Assembly (NCBI GenBank): GCA_051251915.1
Contig: JBPOGF010000004.1
Coordinates: 64,001 to 128,000, forward strand
DNA: 64,000 nucleotides
Reading direction: 5' to 3'
From: Akkermansiaceae bacterium
GTDB lineage: Bacteria > Verrucomicrobiota > Verrucomicrobiia > Verrucomicrobiales > Akkermansiaceae
The position numbers and the translations under genes are program-made. A model generated the notes under the pieces. That model searched no databases. It was not told where the DNA came from and was given only the letters and a program-made list of their open reading frames with translations. Shown one piece after another: positions 28,990 through 37,890 of this stretch. Each line of letters begins with the position of its first letter. The stretch's first letter is position 1.

Positions 28990-31900
28990 CTATTGGATAG
29001 GGTGTGCCTGAAGTAGGGTTTCTGCTTTGTATGGTCCTAGCTGAGTTTGGCCATCAGTGGCTTTTTGGATGGCGTCTACTTCTTCTTTGGTGACTCCGTC
29101 GCCAGCTTTGTTTGACCAGGCATTACGAACGTAAGTAAGTATGTCTGCGATTTCCGCATTTGGGATTCGTTCGTTGAAGCCAGGCATTGCTGAGTTGTAT
29201 TTGTCGCCGTTGACTTCTATTTCTCCCATGATGCCGTGGATGGCGATCTTGATGAGGAGGTCTTTGTCTTTAGTTACCCATTTACTGCCGTCGAGTGGAG
29301 GGAAGAGTGCTAACTTGTTACCTTTGCCGTCAGGTCCGTGACAGATGGTGCAGTTCTCTTGTTCGAGGTATGCTTCAGCTCCACGTTGGAAAGATTTCTG
29401 AACTTTCTTAGGCGCTTTTGCAAGGTGAGCAGGGATTTTGACTTCTTCCTTAACTTCTGCGACTGCTTCTTCTCCACCTAGGTGAGCCTTGGCGTATTTG
29501 AGAGCACTTGTAGAAGTTTTGTTGACTGGAGCTTTTTCGAAGACTTCGACGATTTCTAGGCCAGCCTTTTTGCCCATCCAAGATGCCGCAATGAGGGCTT
29601 CATGTCTTACTTCTCCATGGGGGTCTGCTGCGGAGCGCTTGAGAAGGTCAACTGCGTTAGTTAGCTTCTTGGCGTTGTAGCGGACTGCACGAGTTGCGGC
29701 GGCACGAGCACGATGATCTTTCGCTGTGAGAGCTGCTTCGAGGATAGTAGGGTCGATCTGATTGATTCCCCATGAGACCCAAACTGCTTCTGTTAGGTTG
29801 TGATCGTAGTTCTTGTCAGCTTTATCAAGGCCTGCGACCCACTTGGTGAGGGCTGCTGCTACTTCATCGTGGTTTCTGCCGCGAAGTTCTCTGCGAGTGC
29901 GGTAGCGAGTGCGGATCTCAGGTAGCTTGAGGTTCTCAAGTAGCTCATCGATCGATGCGCCGTCTACTTTTGCCACTGGCACGAGTGGGCGTGATGGGTA
30001 TGTGATGCGGTAGATGCGTCCGTGAACGTGGTCACGCTTAGGGTCACGAGCATTGTGCTGCATGTGCCCGATGAGGACGTTACTCCAATCGACTACATAG
30101 AGTGAGCCATCAGGAGCGAATTCAAGATCTACTGGGCGGAAGTATGGGTTAGATGACTCGAATAGTTTCTGGCGTAGTTCAGCTTTGTAGCCGACTTCTC
30201 CGTCAGGGATCATTTTATTCTGCATGGCACCTAGGAAGCCGATGTTGTTACAGATAAGAGCATCACCTTGAACATCATCTGGGAAGTGACGTGAGGAGAT
30301 GAATTCTAGACCCGCGGTAGGACGCACGCCTCTCTTAGTGAGCAGATCTGGTGCGGAAATATTGACACCGTAGCGAGGCTTCACAGCTGCATTTTGCATC
30401 CAGGAGAATGATGGTCCTGAGGTGTGAATGAAGAAGTTCTGGCCCCATTCATCAAAGGCGATACCCCATGGGTTAGGGATGCCTAACTGGGCTGTTCTTT
30501 CGAGTCTGTTGTTGTTGGGGTTGAAGCGGTAGAATCCGCCGTTGGTTCCTCTAACAGGTCCGTATGGTGTTTCTACGTTCGAGTGAAGGAATACGCCTTC
30601 GCCCATGTAGATGGCTCCAGATGGATCTGCGCAGAAGCTTGAGATAGCGTGATGAGTGTCATGGTCATCGAATCCGGAGAGGACGATGATTTTTTCGTCA
30701 GCTTTGTCGTCTCCGTCGTTGTCTTTGAAGAGAACGAGGTCATTTTGAAGAGAAACGAACACACCGTGTTCTGTGATTTCAAATCCCATAGGGGTGACGA
30801 TGTTGTCTACGAAGATGGTCTGTTTGTCAGCTTTTCCGTCATTGTCAGTGTCTTCAAAGATGAGGATCTTGTCATTTGGTAGTGGGTCACCAATTTGATA
30901 TTGCGGGTAGCTAGGCATGCAGCTGACCCAGAGACGTCCTTTGTTATCAAATGCCATTTGTGATGGGTTTGCTAGGTCGGGGAACATGTCTTCGTCTGCG
31001 AAGAGTTCCATTTTGTAGCCTTCTGGGAGTGTTAGTTTAGACTCCATTTCTTTCCCTGAAATGTAGACATTAGGGCGGTCTGAGTTTGATGTGACAGGCT
31101 TGAGCTTGATGGTTTTGGCATCAGCTGCTGCGGTGTCAAAGTCTTGTCCTTTGTTAGCTGCCCATAGTGCTTGGTCACGGATGTCTAACATTTGGCGAGT
31201 CTTGGTGATCTCGTCCGGGTAGTTTACGCTACCGAATGGCTTGTATCGGCGGCCATGAACGTGCACGCCATTTGGGATCTTGTAGTCGTGTAGCCAGTAG
31301 AAGTTTTTCTCAGCGACTGCTGCGTGAATTTTTGCTTCATCGCCGGTTGCTTCTTTGTTGCCGAATAGAGTATCTGCTAGAAGAGGCGAGAACTTTTTGT
31401 ATGCTTCGTCTGTTAGGTTGCTGCCATTGTAGGTGAGGTCTTCTTCAGTAGAGTCGTAGAGACCTTTTGTGATGGAGAATGCATCTACAAAGAGGACGCC
31501 TTCTTCCTTACAGACTTCGCGCATGGCGTTGGTGTATGCTTGGAGTCGAGCGTTTGTTTTTTTACCATTTGGGAGATCTTTCTTAGCTGAGAGGTCTTCA
31601 AGTGCAGCTGGTGAAACGATGGCAAGTTGAGGGGTGTTTCCTGAATATTTCTGAGAAAGTGTGTATTTGATAAATGCACGGAGCTCAGCTTTGTATCCGT
31701 CGATGCGGTTGTAACCGTCAAATGATTCACTGTAACCGAAGAAACCGATGATGGTGTCGATACGGTTGTGAGTTAACCATTGATCTGGAGTTTCGTAGTG
31801 GCCTTGTCCACCACCTTTACGGTATTCTTCTTTGACTAGCTCTTGTCCATTAGGGATGACCCAATGAGATTTTCTAGATGGGTGTGGTCTAAATGCTGGA

Positions 31901-33288
31901 GTATCACCTTCTCTGCACCAGTTACGGATGAAGAGGTCGTTCTCTGGGTATCGGCGCTGAAGTTCTGTTTCGAAGCGGTTGTAGATATTCATGCGTGAGC
32001 CGAGACCGCCACCGATGAATCCGATGTGCATGTCTTTGACAACTTCAAGTGAAGCAGGGGGAGTTCCTGGAGTCACATCTGGGTGCTTTGGTCCAGGAGG
32101 AAGCAAGGCGAGTTTGGCTGCGATGGCGGCGGCTTTTGCTTCGTTTTCTATCTTTAGCTCGGCGGCTTCTTTAGCTCTTCTTTTTGCCTTTGCGTTTGCT
32201 CTATCTTTCTTAGGATCTTTCTTTGCTGCTGCAGCTGGTTTAGCAGCCTTAGCTTTTTTAGGAGCCTCTAAGATGATGAAGTCTTCAGGTGTATGGTTTT
32301 TTCTGAAGGTTGTGCGTGGGTCATTAGCGATTTCTTTGATCCCGTAGAAAGTGGGGTTGTAAGCGCTTTGTGGTGTGACGTCAGCTTTTGCTGGGACATC
32401 CATTCCTAGTCCCCAGTAGATGCCATTGACGACGAGTCTTCTGAGGTCTTCATCAGAGAGATCATCAGCTGAGCCCATGGTGGTGGTGAGGACTTTATTT
32501 ACTTTTCCGTTCTTTTGTTTGAAATCACGGACCCATGCTACTGGCATCATTGGATCATTTTTGTCACCAGCGATGGGCTTAGATGTTGGGGCAAGTGAAT
32601 CAGTGACAGCGCCTCTGAGCAGGATGGTAGAAGGCTCTAGTGGAGCGGCTCCATAGACGTCAGTTCTACCAAAGATTTCACCTACTCCGTTGAGAACTGG
32701 GTGTTTGGCGTTGTTTTTTTCTGTAACTGTGAGAGTTCCTTGTTTGGCGTGAGCACCGTGGTGGTTAACCCATGTCTCGCCGAGGACTTGTCTGCCGAAG
32801 CCACCTTCCCAGCCTTTGACTTTAGAACGCCAGTTGAACTTGTGGTATTTCGCTTTCTTGTCATCAATTTTGAATGCGTGGGTGGTGGTTCTTAGTGACA
32901 CGATGGGGACTCCGCGTTCGAATGCTGCGTTGAATTTATCAAATGTTGGTTCGTCCCAATTTCTGAATCGGACAGCCATGATGATGGCGTCAGCAGAAGA
33001 TAGCGCTTTAGGATTTGAGAGGCTTTTCTGGTTGTTTGGATCTACAAATTTGTTGTTTTTGTCCATGGAGAATAGGACGGTGCATTTGAATCCATTGTTG
33101 GCGAGAACCTGACCTAGCATTGGCATGGATTCTTCTGAGCGATATTCTTCATCGCCCGCTAGTAAGACGACGTGTTTGCCGTTTGCCTTTCCTTTCGCTT
33201 CAAAGACTAAATGATCTTGTGCAGCGTGGGCAAAGCCCGTGGCCGCGATCATGGTGGATGAAAACGTTATGATTTGATTTAATTTCAT
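28990..33288 (-). CDS. PVC-type membrane-bound dehydrogenase-like multidomain protein (ThuA-like + SGNH-like + beta-propeller + HEAT + cytochrome c)
   Basis: Signal peptide from ATG 33288; LAGDEEYRSEESMP ThuA-like start; DTDNDGKADK, NPWG, FRPVD, GRIYRI propeller motifs; C-terminal CTICH and MP axial Met. Confidence 0.85.
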   Translation of the reverse strand: MKLNQIITFSSTMIAATGFAHAAQDHLVFEAKGKANGKHVVLLAGDEEYRSEESMPMLGQVLANNGFKCTVLFSMDKNNKFVDPNNQKSLSNPKALSSADAIIMAVRFRNWDEPTFDKFNAAFERGVPIVSLRTTTHAFKIDDKKAKYHKFNWRSKVKGWEGGFGRQVLGETWVNHHGAHAKQGTLTVTEKNNAKHPVLNGVGEIFGRTDVYGAAPLEPSTILLRGAVTDSLAPTSKPIAGDKNDPMMPVAWVRDFKQKNGKVNKVLTTTMGSADDLSDEDLRRLVVNGIYWGLGMDVPAKADVTPQSAYNPTFYGIKEIANDPRTTFRKNHTPEDFIILEAPKKAKAAKPAAAAKKDPKKDRANAKAKRRAKEAAELKIENEAKAAAIAAKLALLPPGPKHPDVTPGTPPASLEVVKDMHIGFIGGGLGSRMNIYNRFETELQRRYPENDLFIRNWCREGDTPAFRPHPSRKSHWVIPNGQELVKEEYRKGGGQGHYETPDQWLTHNRIDTIIGFFGYSESFDGYNRIDGYKAELRAFIKYTLSQKYSGNTPQLAIVSPAALEDLSAKKDLPNGKKTNARLQAYTNAMREVCKEEGVLFVDAFSITKGLYDSTEEDLTYNGSNLTDEAYKKFSPLLADTLFGNKEATGDEAKIHAAVAEKNFYWLHDYKIPNGVHVHGRRYKPFGSVNYPDEITKTRQMLDIRDQALWAANKGQDFDTAAADAKTIKLKPVTSNSDRPNVYISGKEMESKLTLPEGYKMELFADEDMFPDLANPSQMAFDNKGRLWVSCMPSYPQYQIGDPLPNDKILIFEDTDNDGKADKQTIFVDNIVTPMGFEITEHGVFVSLQNDLVLFKDNDGDDKADEKIIVLSGFDDHDTHHAISSFCADPSGAIYMGEGVFLHSNVETPYGPVRGTNGGFYRFNPNNNRLERTAQLGIPNPWGIAFDEWGQNFFIHTSGPSFSWMQNAAVKPRYGVNISAPDLLTKRGVRPTAGLEFISSRHFPDDVQGDALICNNIGFLGAMQNKMIPDGEVGYKAELRQKLFESSNPYFRPVDLEFAPDGSLYVVDWSNVLIGHMQHNARDPKRDHVHGRIYRITYPSRPLVPVAKVDGASIDELLENLKLPEIRTRYRTRRELRGRNHDEVAAALTKWVAGLDKADKNYDHNLTEAVWVSWGINQIDPTILEAALTAKDHRARAAATRAVRYNAKKLTNAVDLLKRSAADPHGEVRHEALIAASWMGKKAGLEIVEVFEKAPVNKTSTSALKYAKAHLGGEEAVAEVKEEVKIPAHLAKAPKKVQKSFQRGAEAYLEQENCTICHGPDGKGNKLALFPPLDGSKWVTKDKDLLIKIAIHGIMGEIEVNGDKYNSAMPGFNERIPNAEIADILTYVRNAWSNKAGDGVTKEEVDAIQKATDGQTQLGPYKAETLLQAHPIQ

Positions 33289-33688
33289 AGATATTTGTAT
33301 CGTTATTTCTGTAAATTGTCCTTCTTGTATAAAGTTACGTGGGGTTTGGTTTTCTTTTATCACCTAGGCTTAAATTTGTATCACAGATTGATGTTTATTT
33401 TATATTGCCTAGTGTTGGGTGGGGATAATCTCACTAAATCTTTAGCTTGTCATTTTTATAAATGAATTTTTTTCATGATTGACTGAAGAGTTGGGGAGGC
33501 GAGCTTGAGTCTTAAGCTTTATTAGTTCATGATCTGAGGTTAGATGCGATCTGGTAGGGAAGTGTCTGGGGGGTAGTGGGGTTGTGTATTGTACTAGAAT
33601 TAATTATGAGTGAGGGGGGGATATATGTCAAAATTTTGTCAAAGGAAGGTTTGCCAAGCGTTTTTAGAATGGTTAGAAATGATGGTAT

Positions 33689-35632
33689 ATGAGTAATTTA
33701 GTAGAAAACCTAGATAGTGCTGTTGCAGGTGGTGAGCTTTTGGAGTCATCAAGAGAGAATATTGTGAATCATTTGGCTGGGTCTATTAGTCCAGTGGCTG
33801 AGGCTGCGGTGACGGAATTAGTTGGTGATGGTGAGTGGGCGGAATTGAATGATCGATTTTATAAGACGTTGGCATTTGGAACTGGTGGGCTGCGTGGGCG
33901 TACTATTGGTAAGGTGGTGACTAAGGCTGAGCTTGGTGAGGGTGGACCGAATGAGCGTCCGGAGTTTCCTTGTGTGGGGTCTGCGACAATGAATTTCTAT
34001 AATGTGGGTAGAGCGATTCGTGGGATGGTGGCTTATGTTAAGAAGCATTTTGAGAAGGAGGGGATTGATCGCAAGCCATCGTTTGCATTTGCGCATGATA
34101 CGCGGCACTTCTCTAGAGACTTTGCGGAGTTCTGCGGGAAGATTTGTAATGATCTTGGCTGTGATGCTTATTTGTTTGAAGGGGCGCGGGCTACTCCACA
34201 GGTTTCATTTTTGATTCGTGAGCTTAGGTTGGATGCTGGTGTGGTTTTGACGGCGAGTCATAACCCGAGTCATGATAATGGATTTAAGGCTTACTTTAAT
34301 ACGGGTAGTCAGTTGGTAGAGCCTCATGCTGGTGGGGTGATCGATGAGGTGAATGCTATTACTAGTGAGGCTTATGATGCGCTTCCTGAATCTGAGCAGG
34401 GTGAGTTATTCATTGTGGGTGAGGATGCGGACGCCCGTTATGTGGATAAGCTGAAGACTACGTTGCTTAGGCCGGAATTGTTAGAGGGAGGCGAGAGCAC
34501 GAAGGTTGTGTTTACGAGTATCCATGGAACGGGTGGTCATATATCTGTGCCGCTTTTGCGTGAAATGGGATTTGAGGTGCTTACGGTGTCTGAGCAGGAA
34601 GTGCAGGATGGTAGATTCCCAACTGTGGCTTCGCCTAATCCGGAGAATGCTGAGGCGCTTCAGATGGGTGTGGAGTTGGCTGAGAAAGAGGGTGCTGAAA
34701 TCGTTATTGGGACTGATCCTGATTGTGACAGAATGGGGGTAGTTGTTCGTGATGAGAATGGTGAGATGCAGATTCTTACTGGTAACCAGACTGGGACGCT
34801 GATGGAGTGGTATAGGATCAAAACGATGTTTGATGCTGGTATTTTGAATGACTCTAACCGGAGTCGTGCGGTGGTGGTGAAGACTTATGTGACTTCGCCG
34901 TTACAGAATAAGATAGCGGAGAAGGCTGGGATCAATGTGGTGGATACGCTGACTGGATTTAAGTTTATCTGTGATAAGCTTCAGAAGTATGAGGATGGGA
35001 TTCCTGCTGATAAGTATGAGGGGGATTACCGTGATTTATCTGAGGATGAGAGCCGTAAGTTGAGGTTGGAGTATTCTAGATTTTTCGTCTTTGGTGGCGA
35101 GGAGAGCTACGGGTATATGGGTGGTGACTATGTGCGTGATAAGGATGGAAACATGGCGACTGTGATGTTTGCTGAGATAGCGGCTTATGCGAAGAGTGTG
35201 GGCAAGAGCGTGGCTGGTCTGTTAGATGATATTTATAAGGAGTATGGCTTCCACAAAGAGGTGAATAAGAGCGTGGTGATGGAGGGTGCTGAAGGTGCTG
35301 CTCAGATCGCGAGCTTAGCGAAGTCTTATTCTGAAGATAATCCGACTGAGTTTGCGGGTGTGAAGGTGGCAAATGTTAGAGATTTTGCGACGACTACTTA
35401 TACTGATGCTGAGGGTGATGAAGTGCCAAGGCAGGGGATGCTTATTGTTGATATGGAGGATGGGAATTCCTTTGCGGTGCGACCGTCTGGGACTGAGCCT
35501 AAGATTAAGTATTACCTCTTTGGGAATGATGCGCCATCAGATGATCTGGCTGGAAGTAAGGCTAGGGTGGCTGAGGGCTTGGATGCTCTTTGGGTAGCGA
35601 TTGAGGCTGATATGAAGGAGAGGTTGAATTGA
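33689..35632 (+). CDS. pgm: Phosphoglucomutase/phosphomannomutase
   Basis: FGTGGLRG, TASHNP, DPDCDR, GEESYG, RPSGTEPKIK. Confidence 0.92.
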   Translation: MSNLVENLDSAVAGGELLESSRENIVNHLAGSISPVAEAAVTELVGDGEWAELNDRFYKTLAFGTGGLRGRTIGKVVTKAELGEGGPNERPEFPCVGSATMNFYNVGRAIRGMVAYVKKHFEKEGIDRKPSFAFAHDTRHFSRDFAEFCGKICNDLGCDAYLFEGARATPQVSFLIRELRLDAGVVLTASHNPSHDNGFKAYFNTGSQLVEPHAGGVIDEVNAITSEAYDALPESEQGELFIVGEDADARYVDKLKTTLLRPELLEGGESTKVVFTSIHGTGGHISVPLLREMGFEVLTVSEQEVQDGRFPTVASPNPENAEALQMGVELAEKEGAEIVIGTDPDCDRMGVVVRDENGEMQILTGNQTGTLMEWYRIKTMFDAGILNDSNRSRAVVVKTYVTSPLQNKIAEKAGINVVDTLTGFKFICDKLQKYEDGIPADKYEGDYRDLSEDESRKLRLEYSRFFVFGGEESYGYMGGDYVRDKDGNMATVMFAEIAAYAKSVGKSVAGLLDDIYKEYGFHKEVNKSVVMEGAEGAAQIASLAKSYSEDNPTEFAGVKVANVRDFATTTYTDAEGDEVPRQGMLIVDMEDGNSFAVRPSGTEPKIKYYLFGNDAPSDDLAGSKARVAEGLDALWVAIEADMKERLN

Positions 35633-35662
35633 TTATTTGATAGTGATTATTGAGTATTTTAT

Positions 35663-35702
35663 AGGGTGGTGCGGAGGTTAATTTCTCTGCGCCACCTTTT
35701 TT
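35663..35702 (+). terminator. Intrinsic terminator between convergent pgm and VIT1 genes
   Basis: AGGGTGGTGCGGAG-loop-CTCTGCGCCACCTT plus T-run. Confidence 0.8.
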
Positions 35703-36456
35703 ATTCAGGGACTAGTGGTCTGAGGAGGAAGCCTATTAGATATGCCATGGCTGCGGCGATGGTTCCGATGAGTAGGGTTTCTAGGCCTCCGGAGAGCCAG
35801 TGTTGGTCTGTGTATTTGCTTTTGAAGGCGCCGATGGCGAAGAATGATATGCCTGTTAGGACGCAGGCGGCGGGGAATGCTGAGCCTGAGAAGATGCCGA
35901 AGGCGGCGTCTAGGAAGTAGGCGAGTAGGGGGATGGTGCCGATAGTTAGGAATGCAATTAGGGTCGTTAGGCCTGATTTGATGGCTGATGGGGGATGGAG
36001 TGGGAGGCCGTGTTCTTCTTGGATCATGGTGTCTACCCATCGTTTTTTGTCTGAGGTGATGGTGTCTACGACTTGTTCAAGGGTGTCGCCTTTGAAGCCT
36101 TTTGATTTGAAGATTTGGCGGATTTCTTCTCGTTCTCCTTCTGGGTGGTTTTCTATTTCTTCTTCTTCTTCACGGCGGAATTTTCTGGCGGATTGGTTTT
36201 CTGCTCGGGTGCCGGAGAAATTTCCAGCGGCCATGGAGAAGCCATCGGCTAGCATGTTGGCGATGCCTAGGACGATGACGAGGCTGCTGGATAGGCCGGC
36301 TCCTGCAACGGATGAAACGACGGCGAAAGTGGTGACGGCGCCATCGATGGCGCCGAGGATGGAGTCTTTTAGGTAATCGTTACCCATGCCTTCCTTGAGA
36401 CGTTTACGGATCGCTTCTGGGGTGTGTTCGGCGGCGTGGTCATCGTGGTGGGACAT
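35701..36456 (-). CDS. VIT1/CCC1 family Fe/Mn transporter
   Basis: LGAIDGAVTTFAVV, ADGFSMAAG, Glu-rich cytoplasmic loop, MIQEEHG. Confidence 0.92.
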   Translation of the reverse strand: MSHHDDHAAEHTPEAIRKRLKEGMGNDYLKDSILGAIDGAVTTFAVVSSVAGAGLSSSLVIVLGIANMLADGFSMAAGNFSGTRAENQSARKFRREEEEEIENHPEGEREEIRQIFKSKGFKGDTLEQVVDTITSDKKRWVDTMIQEEHGLPLHPPSAIKSGLTTLIAFLTIGTIPLLAYFLDAAFGIFSGSAFPAACVLTGISFFAIGAFKSKYTDQHWLSGGLETLLIGTIAAAMAYLIGFLLRPLVPE

Positions 36457-36468
36457 GGTATCTGTGGG

Positions 36469-37872
36469 TTAAACGAGGAGTTCGGGGAGGTTGTTTGTGC
36501 AGCCTGCGAATTCTTTGGTTTCTGTTCCAAGTTGTTGGAGGATGGTGAGGAGTAGGCGGCCCATGGGTTCTTCTTTGGCGTGTTCTTTGTTTCTCATGTC
36601 TCGCTCTGCGGCGACGTTGATGCCAGCCATGGCGTCGAAGTCTTGTGGGCCGTATTGGATGTATTGTCCTTGTTTGAATCCCATGTTTTGGCCGCCGGCG
36701 ATGATGAGTGGGTAGTTGCGTGAGAGGTGGAAGGCGCTGGTTGCGGAGCCGAAGAGGCAGAAGGTGTTTTCTAGCATGGTGCCGTGGCCACCGGGTTCTG
36801 GGGTGGAGTGGAGGCGGGTGAGGAAGTGGTGGAATTCTTCGATGAGGAAGCGGTTGTATTGGCCGAAGTTTTCCCAGCCGCCGGGTTTTTTGACGTGGTG
36901 GGAGAGCATGTGTGTGAGGTTGAATCCGACGGCGCGGCCGAGGCGGTCGCTGATGCCGAGGCCGTTTTCTCTGCCGATCTGGTAGGTGGCGGTGCGGGTG
37001 GTGTCTGAGTGGAAGGCGAGGTAGATGAGCTCAAACATGGTGCGGACGTAGTTGCGCGGGTCTTGTGGTGAGATTTCTAGGTTGAGGTGGTCTGCGTTGA
37101 TGGATGGGTGGGGGATGTTTAGCCAGTGTTTGGCTTTTTCGATTTTGCGTTCGGTTTCTCTGACGGATTGGAGGTATTGGTCGAGGGTGTTTTGGTCGTG
37201 TTTGGAGAGTTTTTGTTTGAGTGAGCGGCTGTCTGCTAGGAGGTCGTCTAAGGCGGATTGTTGGGCGGCGAGCTGGGCTGCGGCTTTGGTGTTGCTGGTG
37301 ACGAAGAGTTGGTCGAAGATGCGTTTTGGTTTGTTTTCTGATGGGATGGGGCGGCCTTGGCGGTTGAATGACATGGTTTGTGCGCCACGTGGGGAGCCGG
37401 TGCCGCCGTCGGTTCCGAGGATCATGCAGTCGTGGCGGGTTTGGTCGCCGATGGCTTCTGCGAAGAGTTGGTCCATGGAGACGGAGTTGTGGTAGTCTCC
37501 GCCTGAGCCGGTGTTTGCTCCTGTGAGGAATTGGTCAGCGTTGGAGTGGCCATGGACTTTGCGGGCGTGTGGGTGAGATAGGCCGCTGAGGACTGAGACT
37601 TGGTTTTTGAGTGGGTTTAGTGGGTCTAGGCATTTGGTGAAGGAGTGGTTGGTTCCGTCTTTGTTTTTGTGTGGGAACCAGCTCCAGTCTTGGAATGCTG
37701 GGTCTTCTTTTAGTGGCATGGGAACGCCGTCTGGCATGTAGAAGCAGGCGAGGCGTTTTTTGGTGATGGAGGTGGCGGGGAGGGTTTTGGCGAAGGTTTC
37801 AAACCATGGTAGTGCGAGGCCGATGCCTGCTCCGCGGAGGAATTTTCTGCGATCTAGTGATGATAGGTTCAT
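36469..37872 (-). CDS. DUF1552 family protein (Tat-like leader)
   Basis: DRRKFLRGAG..LALPW, SMDQ, P..IFD.LF, LDQYL.SVRE.E, H.LSHH. Confidence 0.88.
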   Translation of the reverse strand: MNLSSLDRRKFLRGAGIGLALPWFETFAKTLPATSITKKRLACFYMPDGVPMPLKEDPAFQDWSWFPHKNKDGTNHSFTKCLDPLNPLKNQVSVLSGLSHPHARKVHGHSNADQFLTGANTGSGGDYHNSVSMDQLFAEAIGDQTRHDCMILGTDGGTGSPRGAQTMSFNRQGRPIPSENKPKRIFDQLFVTSNTKAAAQLAAQQSALDDLLADSRSLKQKLSKHDQNTLDQYLQSVRETERKIEKAKHWLNIPHPSINADHLNLEISPQDPRNYVRTMFELIYLAFHSDTTRTATYQIGRENGLGISDRLGRAVGFNLTHMLSHHVKKPGGWENFGQYNRFLIEEFHHFLTRLHSTPEPGGHGTMLENTFCLFGSATSAFHLSRNYPLIIAGGQNMGFKQGQYIQYGPQDFDAMAGINVAAERDMRNKEHAKEEPMGRLLLTILQQLGTETKEFAGCTNNLPELLV

Positions 37873-37890
37873 GTGGTTGTGTGGTTTGAG

